Positions 1-8,375 of a stretch of DNA of 64,000 nt are shown piece by piece (position 1 is the first letter of the stretch; each line of letters starts with the position of its first letter). This DNA is from a virus. The notes under the pieces were generated by a model that saw only the letters and a list, made by a program, of their open reading frames with translations, had not been told where the DNA came from and ran no database searches. The DNA is taken from positions 1-64,000 of IMG/VR virus record IMGVR_UViG_3300027881_000008; one strand, given 5' to 3'. A program made the translations under genes and the position numbers.

Positions 1-762
1 CTTGGTGATCGTCGGCGGAGGGATGTAAGTGGTCGGGGGGTACCACGGGTACCAGGGCGTGGTGGTGCCTGGGGGGATCCCCGGGAGCTGGCCCGCGCCT
101 CCTCCGCCGCCCGAAGGCCAGGAGGGGGAGAGTGCGGCGGGCGGTGGGCCGTCGGCCTTGCCCAGGAGCGCGTCGGCGCTCCAATCGGCGGGTCCGCAGG
201 GCGTGAGGTCCACGTAGGTCTGGTCGCGTGGGGTAGGACGAGCCGGTTCCAGGCCAGGAGGCGGCGGAGGAAAGTCGGGGCAAGCGGGGCCGAGGAGCTT
301 CCCGCGAGCTTCGACGTACGCCATGCCGCCGCCCGGGACGTGGACGATGGAAGCGTCGTCAGTCAGGTCGGTAACGTCGTTGGCGGTCACGAACGGGATC
401 GCGCGGGCGTCGTAGCCTGGGAGCGAGTAGTGGCTCGTGAAGACACCCATGTTCGTGTTGGCAGTTCCGGGCCGGTGGTAGGGATCGAAGACGCCGCTGC
501 CGAGGACATCGTCCTGCTGCTCAAGGTCGTAGATTTCTGCGTGCTCATCGCGCTCGATCACTTGTTCGGATTTCATGGGTGCCGCTCCTAAACCGGGAAG
601 ATACCGCCCGTTCTGGGCGGCGTACTGGTGCGCGAACTCGGGGTTGAGCTGGCCCGTGAGAGCCAAGCGCGAACTCACCGGCGACGAGTCGTACGCGGGC
701 CCGTAGTGCAGTTGGTTAGACGGCGCTTGCAGGTCGTCGTACTCGTTGGATGTCCTAGACAT
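1..762 (-). CDS. Partial low-complexity Pro/Gly-rich protein (runs off window start), probably virion-associated
   Basis: Not in the ORF track. My translation from the minus-strand ATG at 762 (MSRTSNEYDDLQAPSNQLHYG...YLPGLGAAP...GSGVFDP...) is open to position 1. It carries the PGLG and GVF motifs shared with neighbours. Confidence 0.7.
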   Translation of the reverse strand, partial: MSRTSNEYDDLQAPSNQLHYGPAYDSSPVSSRLALTGQLNPEFAHQYAAQNGRYLPGLGAAPMKSEQVIERDEHAEIYDLEQQDDVLGSGVFDPYHRPGTANTNMGVFTSHYSLPGYDARAIPFVTANDVTDLTDDASIVHVPGGGMAYVEARGKLLGPACPDFPPPPPGLEPARPTPRDQTYVDLTPCGPADWSADALLGKADGPPPAALSPSWPSGGGGGAGQLPGIPPGTTTPWYPWYPPTTYIPPPTITK

Positions 763-798
763 GCGTTAGTAGCCCCCGCCCGGGAGGCCCCCAAAGGG

Positions 799-1827
799 TC
801 ATTGCCCTAGCCCGTCCGGACCGCTTCCGAAGCCCGAGGCAGCTGTGAGCGCCGCGTATTGGTTTGTGGCGGGAACCGGGTCGGAGGATGGGTTTATCGT
901 CATCTGAGCGGGCACGTTTCCGGGCCGGAACTCGTAGACCGGGGTGGAGAAGATGCTCTTAGCCAGGCGGCGGTTTCCCGGAACGGACCCTCCGAAGATG
1001 GACGACGCTACGCCGCGCCGTTGGATGACCCGGGACTGGCGCTCGGGGTACGGGCGCGGCGAAATGGGGCGCGGCGCCCTGGCAGGGCCGCCTCTCGGTG
1101 TGTACTCGCCCATGCCGCTCATCGGCTGGGGGATCCCCCAACCGACCTGGGGGATAGGCTCCATGTTAGTCGGGTTGGGGAGCACGTTGATTTGCGTCGG
1201 CGGGAGCATGACGTGAGGACTCGCGCCGTGGTAATAGGCGCTCGTGGGGCTCTGGCCTCGGATGTTTAGCGAGTTGCCGTCGAGCACGCCGCCGCGGGGG
1301 GTGCTCGAACCGGGCCAGTCCTCTTGCGCCGTGAGGGGGCCCGTCCAAACCGCTTGGGTGCGGTTGTCGATGAGGCGCATGGGGTCCATGAGCTGCATCC
1401 CCGGGTTCACTCCGGGCGCGGAGATGTTACCCAAGCCGGCAGCAGCGATGGCCGCGTTCGCCCGCTCCCATTGCTGAGTCTCGGCTCGGGTGGGGTAGCC
1501 GAGGGCGATGTCACGCGGCTGAAAGCCTACCCGCTGCTCGTGCGGCCAGCCGGGCACCGCGCTTACCTCAGCTCCGGTGGGCACGCCGTTGCGCGCTACC
1601 AAGGGCCAGGTGCGCATCGGTACCGTCCCGGTGTAGTCGGTGAAGTAGCCGCACTGGGACCCGGACGAGGCCATCTGCGGACCCTCGAACACGCCGCCGC
1701 GACCCGCGTAGTGACCCTCGGGGAAGCCGGCCCCGGGACCGCACGGCGCTCCGATGGGATGAGAGGAAATCGGCTGCTGAAGAGGAAGCCGGGGGACGGT
1801 GTTGTAGGACTGCAGTCGAGTGGTCAT
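799..1827 (-). CDS. Low-complexity P/G/Q-rich protein with G-phi-G and GxF motifs, putative minor virion/cement protein
   Basis: 342-aa ORF with AGLGN, SGMGEY, SGFGS, terminal DGLGQ, plus GGVFEG, GGVLDG and SSIFGG. Confidence 0.6.
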   Translation of the reverse strand: MTTRLQSYNTVPRLPLQQPISSHPIGAPCGPGAGFPEGHYAGRGGVFEGPQMASSGSQCGYFTDYTGTVPMRTWPLVARNGVPTGAEVSAVPGWPHEQRVGFQPRDIALGYPTRAETQQWERANAAIAAAGLGNISAPGVNPGMQLMDPMRLIDNRTQAVWTGPLTAQEDWPGSSTPRGGVLDGNSLNIRGQSPTSAYYHGASPHVMLPPTQINVLPNPTNMEPIPQVGWGIPQPMSGMGEYTPRGGPARAPRPISPRPYPERQSRVIQRRGVASSIFGGSVPGNRRLAKSIFSTPVYEFRPGNVPAQMTINPSSDPVPATNQYAALTAASGFGSGPDGLGQ

Positions 1828-1844
1828 AATCGAATCGATTCCTT

Positions 1845-2255
1845 TTAGACGCGGTGGCCTGAGCGAGTGAATACCTCTGTGTGGTAGCAGCCCCCGTAAC
1901 GCGAACCTTGAAAGCCAGGGTGAGTATCAAGGTCGATGAGCTGGGCCGTCTTGGCCCCCATATAAAAATACCCCAAGAACGCCTTGTCGACGGGCCCGAA
2001 GAGATGGAACCACCCGCGAGGGCCCTCGTAGGTTGGGCTGCCGGGGAGCCACGCCTTGTCCCAAAGGCTCTTCGCGGGCGACGTTTCAAAGAGGCGGTAA
2101 GGTGCCGGGTTGTTGAGCCCGCAGTTGTAATTGAACCGGTGGGCCATTGCGTCGCTCACCCACGCCCACCCAACGAAGCGCCATTTGAGAGAGCCGAACG
2201 GGTCCCACGAGCGCATCCCGGGGTCGTTTTGCCAAAGCTTGTACCATTTCGTCAT
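1845..2255 (-). CDS. Hypothetical aromatic-rich protein
   Basis: ATG at 2255 overlaps the upstream stop (TGATG coupling); W/Y/F-rich. Confidence 0.55.
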   Translation of the reverse strand: MTKWYKLWQNDPGMRSWDPFGSLKWRFVGWAWVSDAMAHRFNYNCGLNNPAPYRLFETSPAKSLWDKAWLPGSPTYEGPRGWFHLFGPVDKAFLGYFYMGAKTAQLIDLDTHPGFQGSRYGGCYHTEVFTRSGHRV

Positions 2256-2881
2256 CAGTCGAGGCTCCAAACTAGGATCTTCTTGGCCTTCCGCGCGGCC
2301 TCGCGCTCGCGTGGTCCAGCGACGCTGTCCATCAAGATCCACGCATTACTCTTTGGCTCTTTCACCCGCACCGCCACATGGGTGAGAGCGTCGCCCCCGA
2401 ACCCCATCGCGATGAACTCGACCTCGCGCCCGATGGCGAGCGCCATGGTGGCGGCCATCATCGCGCTCTCGTCACAGTCGACGGCGGTGGTGCCCGCCTG
2501 CATGATTTCTTCGACCTGGCGCAGGGGGTCCTTGACAAACTCCACATGGCGGGGGTCGTTGGTGTAGCGAAATAGGGGAGTCCCCGGACGCATCGGGCTA
2601 GACTGCACGAACACGTTACGGATGGCTAGGATCTCCCCCAGGTAGTCTTTGGGCCAAACGTCGGCCAAAACCCAGGTGGTGAAGGCGCGCACTACCGGGC
2701 TCTGTTCGCCCCGAGGGCCCAGCGCGAGCCTCGTCATCACGCGCAGGGTGTCGCGCGCTCCCCGAAAGGGAGCGAGTTCGGCGGACGGAAGCTTGCCCAG
2801 AAACGAGGCACGCGAGTCGCCCGTGACAGTGGGGGCGCCGCGGGTCGAAGGGCGAAATGGGGGTGCGAAATGGTGCATCAC
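2255..2881 (-). CDS. Transglutaminase-like (papain-fold) cysteine enzyme, candidate maturation protease
   Basis: Triad motifs DCDESAMM (Cys), THVAVRV (His) and WILMDS (Asp), plus RYTNDP..VEFVKDP. Confidence 0.8.
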   Translation of the reverse strand: MMHHFAPPFRPSTRGAPTVTGDSRASFLGKLPSAELAPFRGARDTLRVMTRLALGPRGEQSPVVRAFTTWVLADVWPKDYLGEILAIRNVFVQSSPMRPGTPLFRYTNDPRHVEFVKDPLRQVEEIMQAGTTAVDCDESAMMAATMALAIGREVEFIAMGFGGDALTHVAVRVKEPKSNAWILMDSVAGPREREAARKAKKILVWSLD

Positions 2882-2974
2882 AAACGCAGGTCTACGTCAT
2901 GGACCCTGCGCTCGCCACTCTCCCACTGGTCCGCCCGCTAGGCTACCGCAGGCGCGGGCGCTGCACAACCCACA

Positions 2975-5362
2975 TCACGACGCAGGAGTGGCGCCGACCT
3001 TGGAGGCAGCCACCGCCCAGAGCGCCCGGACGTACCGCCGCCCGTGGCGCGTGACGATGGCGCTGTCGGCGCTGATCTGTCGCGCCGTCTCCACAACGTC
3101 GGACATGGCGAACTTCTCAAGCAGCTCGCGGGTAGCCTCGGCGCCGATCCGGCCGACGATCCCGTCGGCGAAAAGCTCGGGGGTTATCGTCTTTCCTGCG
3201 ATAGCCGAGTCAAGCTCAGTGAAGAAGAGCGTAACCGACTCGCCGTCTAGCGGGGTAGGGGCGTCCGGGGTCCCCTCTGCGTGGGGCTCGGCGGCAGCCT
3301 CCTGTTCCGCGGGCGGCGGGAGGGCCTCCTGCTCCACGGGCTCCTGCGCGCCTTCTTGGATGGGAAGACCTTCGACGGCCGGCTGGAGGGGCGAGCTAAC
3401 CATGGGCGGGTGCGCCCCCAGGGGCGGGGGAGTCACGGCGCCGAAAGAGGCGGCGCCAATCGGAAGCGGCGAGTATTGGGGGGGCGCCCCGAAAGGCGCG
3501 GCGCCGGCGCCCTCTTGGTAGGCGGCGGGCGACGGGGCCGCGGGCGGCGCCGCGGCCAGCTGGCGGGTGGGTGCCTGGCGCTCCTGCTGTTGCCGTTGAA
3601 TCTGTTGCTGCCGAAACTGCTGCTGCTGAGCGAGGTGGGCGCGTGCGCGCTCCGCCTGCTCCTGGTTCTGGACGCGGTTGTGGGCGACCTTCTCCAAAAT
3701 CTCGGGGACCTTTTCCACTACGCCCCTGGCTAGCCCCACGAGCTGGTCGGCGAGCGAAGAAGGAGGAGCCTCCCCGCCGCCAGTATCGACCTCGCTCGGG
3801 TGGACCATCCCCGACCAGCGCGACATCTCTTGGGCCTCTTGCAATGCTTGCAGCGGCTCCTTGTGGGTCTGTTGGAGGAGGTCGGAGTTGTGGGTCCGCG
3901 CTTCAGATAGCCGCTTTTCCATCTCGGCGACGCGGCGCTCCGCGTCCGCGCGCGCCCTGTCGGAGTCGCGCTGGGCGAGATCGATCTTCCCTCCCGCCAT
4001 CTCTTTGACCAAGGTCGACTGCACCCGTTCCGACTCCCGGACGCTCGCCACCTCCCGCGCGGTCTGCTCGCGTATGGCGGTGAGCTCGCGCTCAGAAGCA
4101 CGTCGCAGATCTTCGAGCCGCGACTCTTGGGTCTCGCGCAACTGGCGGACCTCGATCTCTTTGGCGCGCTCGACTTGGTCGATGCGATGGCGCGCATCTT
4201 CGCGTTGCCGCTCCCGCTCCAGGTTCTGGCCGGACTCGTACCCGCGCCGTTCCTCTTGGTAGCGGCGGGTCATCTCGTCCACCTGGCTGCGGTGGTCCTC
4301 GACGGTCTGCTCGTTCTTGCGTTGGTTCTCCTCAAGGACGCGCCGACGGTCCTCCTCGTATCGCTCTTTGAGTTCGGCAGTGGACCGGCTGTGGGACTCT
4401 CGCAGGTCGTTGTGCCGCTCGTCGAAGCGCTCGCGCATCTCGCGCATGCCCGACGTTTCGATCTGCCGGCTGGTGTTGGCCGCTTCGGTCTCTGCCCGCA
4501 TAAGGCGCTCGCGCAGGCTTCGGATCTCCTCGAGCTGCGCGGCCTCGGTCGCGCGAAGTCTCTCGACCTCTTGTTGCCAGAACGCGAGCTGCGCGTGGTT
4601 CTGTTCTTTGACGTCGCCCCAGGCTCGTTGGACGGTTTGGTTGTAGTGGTCGAGAGCCTCGAAGGAAGGCTGGCTTCCCCCGTTACTGCTCCCGCGTTGG
4701 TCGCGTTCGGCTTGCAAGCGTTCCTCCATCCGGCGCCTGTCCTCGGCTAGTTCTCGCTCGCGCTCTCGCGCAATTTGAAGGCGCGTCACCTCCACCTTTT
4801 CGCTGGGCATCCCGAAATTTCGTGGGTCAAATCTCACCGCTTCGTCCTCGTTGCTCGTAGTAGCTATTCCTTCTAATGTGGGGTCACCCGGGACGCGGAA
4901 CTTGACGTCCTTGACCTGCTTGTAGTCGCTCTGGGTCGCCCCCGTAGCAGAGGAGACGGGACGCATGACCGCGACGATGTACCGCCCCCCGCCGAACTTC
5001 TGAGCGAACTCGTCCATGCTCATTCGCTCGAAGAACTCGCCGAGATAGCCTGCTGTGGCACAGCCGCGAAAACTCGGAGGACTCGTTCGGGTAACTCGGA
5101 TCTTCCAGTCCCCTCGGCCTACCTGGGGGCAAGACGCGTAGAGGTCTTCGAGGGCCTTGGGGCTGGGCGCCGACTCTTCCCGGTGGCGCGGCCTCTGCTC
5201 GTCGATGATCCCGAAAGGCGAGGTGGGCAGCGACGCGAAGGGGACCGGGGCATCCGCCTTTGGGGCTCCGACCTCGGGCAACTCGAAGTCCTGTGCCTGT
5301 TGCTGTCGGGTGATTTCTGCCGCGCCGTCCGAGACTGGGCCACGCTGCTCAGGCACCGTCAC
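2975..5362 (-). CDS. Long coiled-coil protein (scaffold/tape-measure-like, inferred)
   Basis: 795 aa. N-terminal globular region (FGGGRYIV), about 330 aa of E/R/Q-rich heptad-like sequence, a Q/P-rich linker and a small C-terminal helical domain. Confidence 0.65.
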   Translation of the reverse strand: MTVPEQRGPVSDGAAEITRQQQAQDFELPEVGAPKADAPVPFASLPTSPFGIIDEQRPRHREESAPSPKALEDLYASCPQVGRGDWKIRVTRTSPPSFRGCATAGYLGEFFERMSMDEFAQKFGGGRYIVAVMRPVSSATGATQSDYKQVKDVKFRVPGDPTLEGIATTSNEDEAVRFDPRNFGMPSEKVEVTRLQIARERERELAEDRRRMEERLQAERDQRGSSNGGSQPSFEALDHYNQTVQRAWGDVKEQNHAQLAFWQQEVERLRATEAAQLEEIRSLRERLMRAETEAANTSRQIETSGMREMRERFDERHNDLRESHSRSTAELKERYEEDRRRVLEENQRKNEQTVEDHRSQVDEMTRRYQEERRGYESGQNLERERQREDARHRIDQVERAKEIEVRQLRETQESRLEDLRRASERELTAIREQTAREVASVRESERVQSTLVKEMAGGKIDLAQRDSDRARADAERRVAEMEKRLSEARTHNSDLLQQTHKEPLQALQEAQEMSRWSGMVHPSEVDTGGGEAPPSSLADQLVGLARGVVEKVPEILEKVAHNRVQNQEQAERARAHLAQQQQFRQQQIQRQQQERQAPTRQLAAAPPAAPSPAAYQEGAGAAPFGAPPQYSPLPIGAASFGAVTPPPLGAHPPMVSSPLQPAVEGLPIQEGAQEPVEQEALPPPAEQEAAAEPHAEGTPDAPTPLDGESVTLFFTELDSAIAGKTITPELFADGIVGRIGAEATRELLEKFAMSDVVETARQISADSAIVTRHGRRYVRALWAVAASKVGATPAS

Positions 5363-6003
5363 GCGTTCTCCGGCGCGCCGTTCGCGCCTGCCGCGGGGGT
5401 CGCCGGCTCGTCGTCCTCGCCGGCCTCGTCTTCCTCCTCGAAGTCGGGCTCGGCGTCGGCTACCCGGTCAACGAGTAGGTCGCACTTGGCGGCGGCCTCC
5501 ACCAGTTCCTGTTTGGCCCCCTCGTCCAGTCCCGGGTTGCCGGCTAGGTCGGCCTCACAGCGCGCCTTGAGCATCCCGGCGACTTCCAAGATCAGAAGCG
5601 CCGTCTCCTCGTCCCACGGGGACTCTGGGTCGGACTGCTCCAATTCGAGAAGGCGCTCGTTCAGTTCAGCAATATGGGCATCCCGGGCGGGGAATCCCTG
5701 CTGTAACACCCAGTCCCGAAAATGGTGGGCGTTCCCTCGCTCGGTGAGCGCCTCACCGATAAAATCCTGCAAAAGGGGGAGCACCGTGTCGGCGATCTCT
5801 CTGGCAAGCTTGCGGGTTGAAGGATCCTCAAGGGCGCCTAAACGGTCCCGCTCGCGGGGCAGCTCCATGAACAGCGACAAAAGGCCGTCCTCGGCGCTCG
5901 GTGCCGCCTGCTGGGGAGCCGAAGGGGGAGCAGCTGGAGCTGCGGGAGCCTCTGGCGGAGGGGGAACAACCTCGGCTGGTGTAACGTGGGCAGTCTCGGT
6001 CAT
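5359..6003 (-). CDS. Hypothetical acidic helical protein
   Basis: 214-aa ORF with an AGGAG RBS upstream; GTGA overlap with the next gene. Confidence 0.65.
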   Translation of the reverse strand: MTETAHVTPAEVVPPPPEAPAAPAAPPSAPQQAAPSAEDGLLSLFMELPRERDRLGALEDPSTRKLAREIADTVLPLLQDFIGEALTERGNAHHFRDWVLQQGFPARDAHIAELNERLLELEQSDPESPWDEETALLILEVAGMLKARCEADLAGNPGLDEGAKQELVEAAAKCDLLVDRVADAEPDFEEEDEAGEDDEPATPAAGANGAPENA

Positions 6004-6022
6004 GATCTCGTTTTCTCCTCGG

Positions 6023-6883
6023 TCACCCCTTCAAACCGAAGGGGCGTATCAGCTCCAGGTGGCGGCGCCCGTCGAGATGCTCGTCGTCTCGGCGGTCCAA
6101 CTCTTTTGCGACCGACGCCTCGTCATAGGGCTGCCGGTAGTCGCAGGCGTAGACCGCCTCGTTGCTGACGGTCATGAACGCACCGCCGACGCTCCTGCGC
6201 TTTGTGCAGTTGCGGTAGAAGATGAGGTGCCCGAACTCGTCAGGGTCGGGATAGTCGTCGTTGGCCATGAGCTGCCGCTTGTAAAATCGGCACCGTTCTC
6301 GGAGCTGGCGCACAGGGGTGAAGGGTGAGAACCCCTGGAGTCCTTCGTCGGCGTCGCCAGCGGGAACGAGGGGGACACCCCAAAGAAAGACGACTTCCTG
6401 CGGCTTGAAGCGATTCCTCTCCTGGGGCGCGCCATCCTCGTCGTACCGGGGACGGCCAAAAAGAGACATGTCGCCGTCCTGGGCGCCGGGGGCGTCCCAC
6501 GCCCTGGCCTCAGCCGCCTGGCTTTCGTGGTCGCGCGAGCGCCACCCCCGCCCCTCCAGTTCGTCGGCGAACAACTCGACGTACTCGCTGGGGTCCTCGA
6601 CGCACACGCACGTCGCGCGAGTGAACGGATGGGCGAGACTTAGCTTGTCTGTCTCGTCTCTCGGGACCGGCATCCCGTCGGCGGGATGGGGCACCATGAC
6701 GTCGTACCGAGGCTTGAAGGTCTCGAGAATCTCCTCGCGGTGGTCGTACTCCGACTCCGCCGCCGTGCCGTCTCGCTCCGCGGGCGCCACCGCGCACTTC
6801 GCTGGATCAGCATCGCACTCCGACGCATCGGCGTCCGCAAGTGGTTCGTCTTCCAGGTCCTTCCCAGGTTCTTCCTCAGCCAC
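6023..6883 (-). CDS. Hypothetical acidic protein with Cys cluster
   Basis: 286-aa ORF, first gene of the leftward operon. TAGCTT -10-like box 6 nt before the GTG. Confidence 0.6.
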   Translation of the reverse strand: MAEEEPGKDLEDEPLADADASECDADPAKCAVAPAERDGTAAESEYDHREEILETFKPRYDVMVPHPADGMPVPRDETDKLSLAHPFTRATCVCVEDPSEYVELFADELEGRGWRSRDHESQAAEARAWDAPGAQDGDMSLFGRPRYDEDGAPQERNRFKPQEVVFLWGVPLVPAGDADEGLQGFSPFTPVRQLRERCRFYKRQLMANDDYPDPDEFGHLIFYRNCTKRRSVGGAFMTVSNEAVYACDYRQPYDEASVAKELDRRDDEHLDGRRHLELIRPFGLKG

Positions 6884-7301
6884 GGTGCCAAGCTAACCTC
6901 ACAGGCAAAGGAAAGCAACCGCGCCGGCGTCGAATCTATTCCCTAAGCCACCGCGTCACCTATCCGCTCACAACGCCGCGTCACCCTTGGATTTTATCTC
7001 TAAAACCGGCAAGTTGTGGACAACTTGTGCAGATTTTTTGCCCTTGATCTCAACAACGTGGCTCCTTTAGGGTGTCCACTGGCTGAGACCGGCCAAAATA
7101 CGTACCACAAAATGACCTGAAGCGCCCTCAGACTGCAAGGGGCGCTTCAGTTACAACGCGACGACGATGATAGGAGGCGCGGTTGCTAACGACGATCACT
7201 AAAACGAATGACTCCGTGAAGAAACCGGAGACACCCGGACAATACCAACAAGACCCGGGTGTGTCAAAGCCATACGTGGCGTTACCATACGTGGGCGCCT
7301 G
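6884..7301. promoter_or_regulatory. Divergent control region with palindromes
   Basis: AT-richer strand-switch gap. Palindrome CAAGTTGT-GG-ACAACTTG (7010-7027) and hairpin CTGAAGCGCCC-N12-GGGCGCTTCAG (7117-7150). Confidence 0.55.
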
Positions 7302-8375
7302 ATGGCCACATACGCTAAGAGCAAGGCTCGTCGCCGGAGAAAAGGCGAGAGCGAGGCTGCCTTCGCCAAACGCATCACGCGCCTCGACCGCGTGAAACAG
7401 AGGCGCCAGGGGAAAAAGGACCACGACGCGGACCTACAGATCGACGAAGCTTCCGCGTGCGCCGAACTCGTGCTCACCAAGCAGCACGCTATCCAGTCAG
7501 ACGTTTCCGTCCTCGACGCCCGTGAGCTTCCATCTCCTCAAGAAAAAGGAGCGCAGTGGCGCCGGGCTCAGGCTGCGCACTTGGAGCGGGTCGCTGAGAT
7601 CGAGGAGTCGCTCCGTGCCCTGGATGGCGTGTCCCCGAGAGACCCTGCGCCAAGGGTGGTGGTGCCCTCCGCTAGTGCCGAAGTGGTAGTGCCGGCGGCG
7701 GGGAAGAACGGAGTGGTAAAAAAGGAGGGGGGGGACGGAGTACCATCCCCCCTCCTTATACCCCCAAATGATCCCCCTCCCACAGGGTCCAACAGCCCGA
7801 TAATAAAAGAAAAAGAAGAAGAGAAAAAGACCCCTTCTGAAAAAGCCTCTGAAATGAGGGATCATTTGGTGCCAAATGATCCCCCATTTGGCGCCGAAAT
7901 GATCCCCCAAATGATCCCCGCCGATCCGGGAGACGAGAGGGGCCCGCCCGAGGGGGACTCGGTCCTCTCTCGGTTTGACTTCGCGGCAATGTCCCTGCTG
8001 AGCGGTTGGCTCTCTCAGGCCCGCGTCTCTGTCCTCTGTCCCCACCCTCTCTCGCTCACCTTCGGCGCGTTCGAGAAGGAGGCGCTCCGAAGCGCCGTGT
8101 TGAGTATAGCTGGCCCGACCTACGACCTGGGAGAGAGAGCGCAACCAGCAGACTCTGCTCTTCGCGAGTTCGTGGGCCGGCTCTCCGTGGGCTTACGGGA
8201 GATGGGTGGGCGCGTTTGGTCCGTCCCCAGGTTGCTCCAAGCGTGCGAGCGGGCCACCGCGGTGCTGAGGGTTCCTGGGGCCGCTGACCCAGAGCTGGTG
8301 CGGCGGCGCTTTGAGCGACAAGTCGTCGGGGAGTTGAGAACGGGAACTTTTGCGATTCTAGGGAACGGGCGATGA
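7302..8375 (+). CDS. Putative replication initiator (lambda O-like position)
   Basis: Directly upstream of and coupled to the helicase; contains internal iterons and an A-rich tract. No recognisable catalytic motif. Confidence 0.5.
   Translation: MATYAKSKARRRRKGESEAAFAKRITRLDRVKQRRQGKKDHDADLQIDEASACAELVLTKQHAIQSDVSVLDARELPSPQEKGAQWRRAQAAHLERVAEIEESLRALDGVSPRDPAPRVVVPSASAEVVVPAAGKNGVVKKEGGDGVPSPLLIPPNDPPPTGSNSPIIKEKEEEKKTPSEKASEMRDHLVPNDPPFGAEMIPQMIPADPGDERGPPEGDSVLSRFDFAAMSLLSGWLSQARVSVLCPHPLSLTFGAFEKEALRSAVLSIAGPTYDLGERAQPADSALREFVGRLSVGLREMGGRVWSVPRLLQACERATAVLRVPGAADPELVRRRFERQVVGELRTGTFAILGNGR
7764..7919 (+). repeat. Putative replication origin: AAATGATCCCC iterons plus A-rich tract
   Basis: Direct copies at 7766, 7874, 7897 and 7909; inverted copy GGGATCATTT at 7858; purine/A tract 7801-7830. 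Confidence 0.6.

Noticed and set aside
2975-5362. SMC protein or siphovirus tape measure
   Set aside because: No Walker motifs or hinge, and no tail genes nearby
6961-6973. TATCCGCTCACAA matches 13 bp of the lac operator
   Set aside because: Partial match with no vector or lac context; most likely chance
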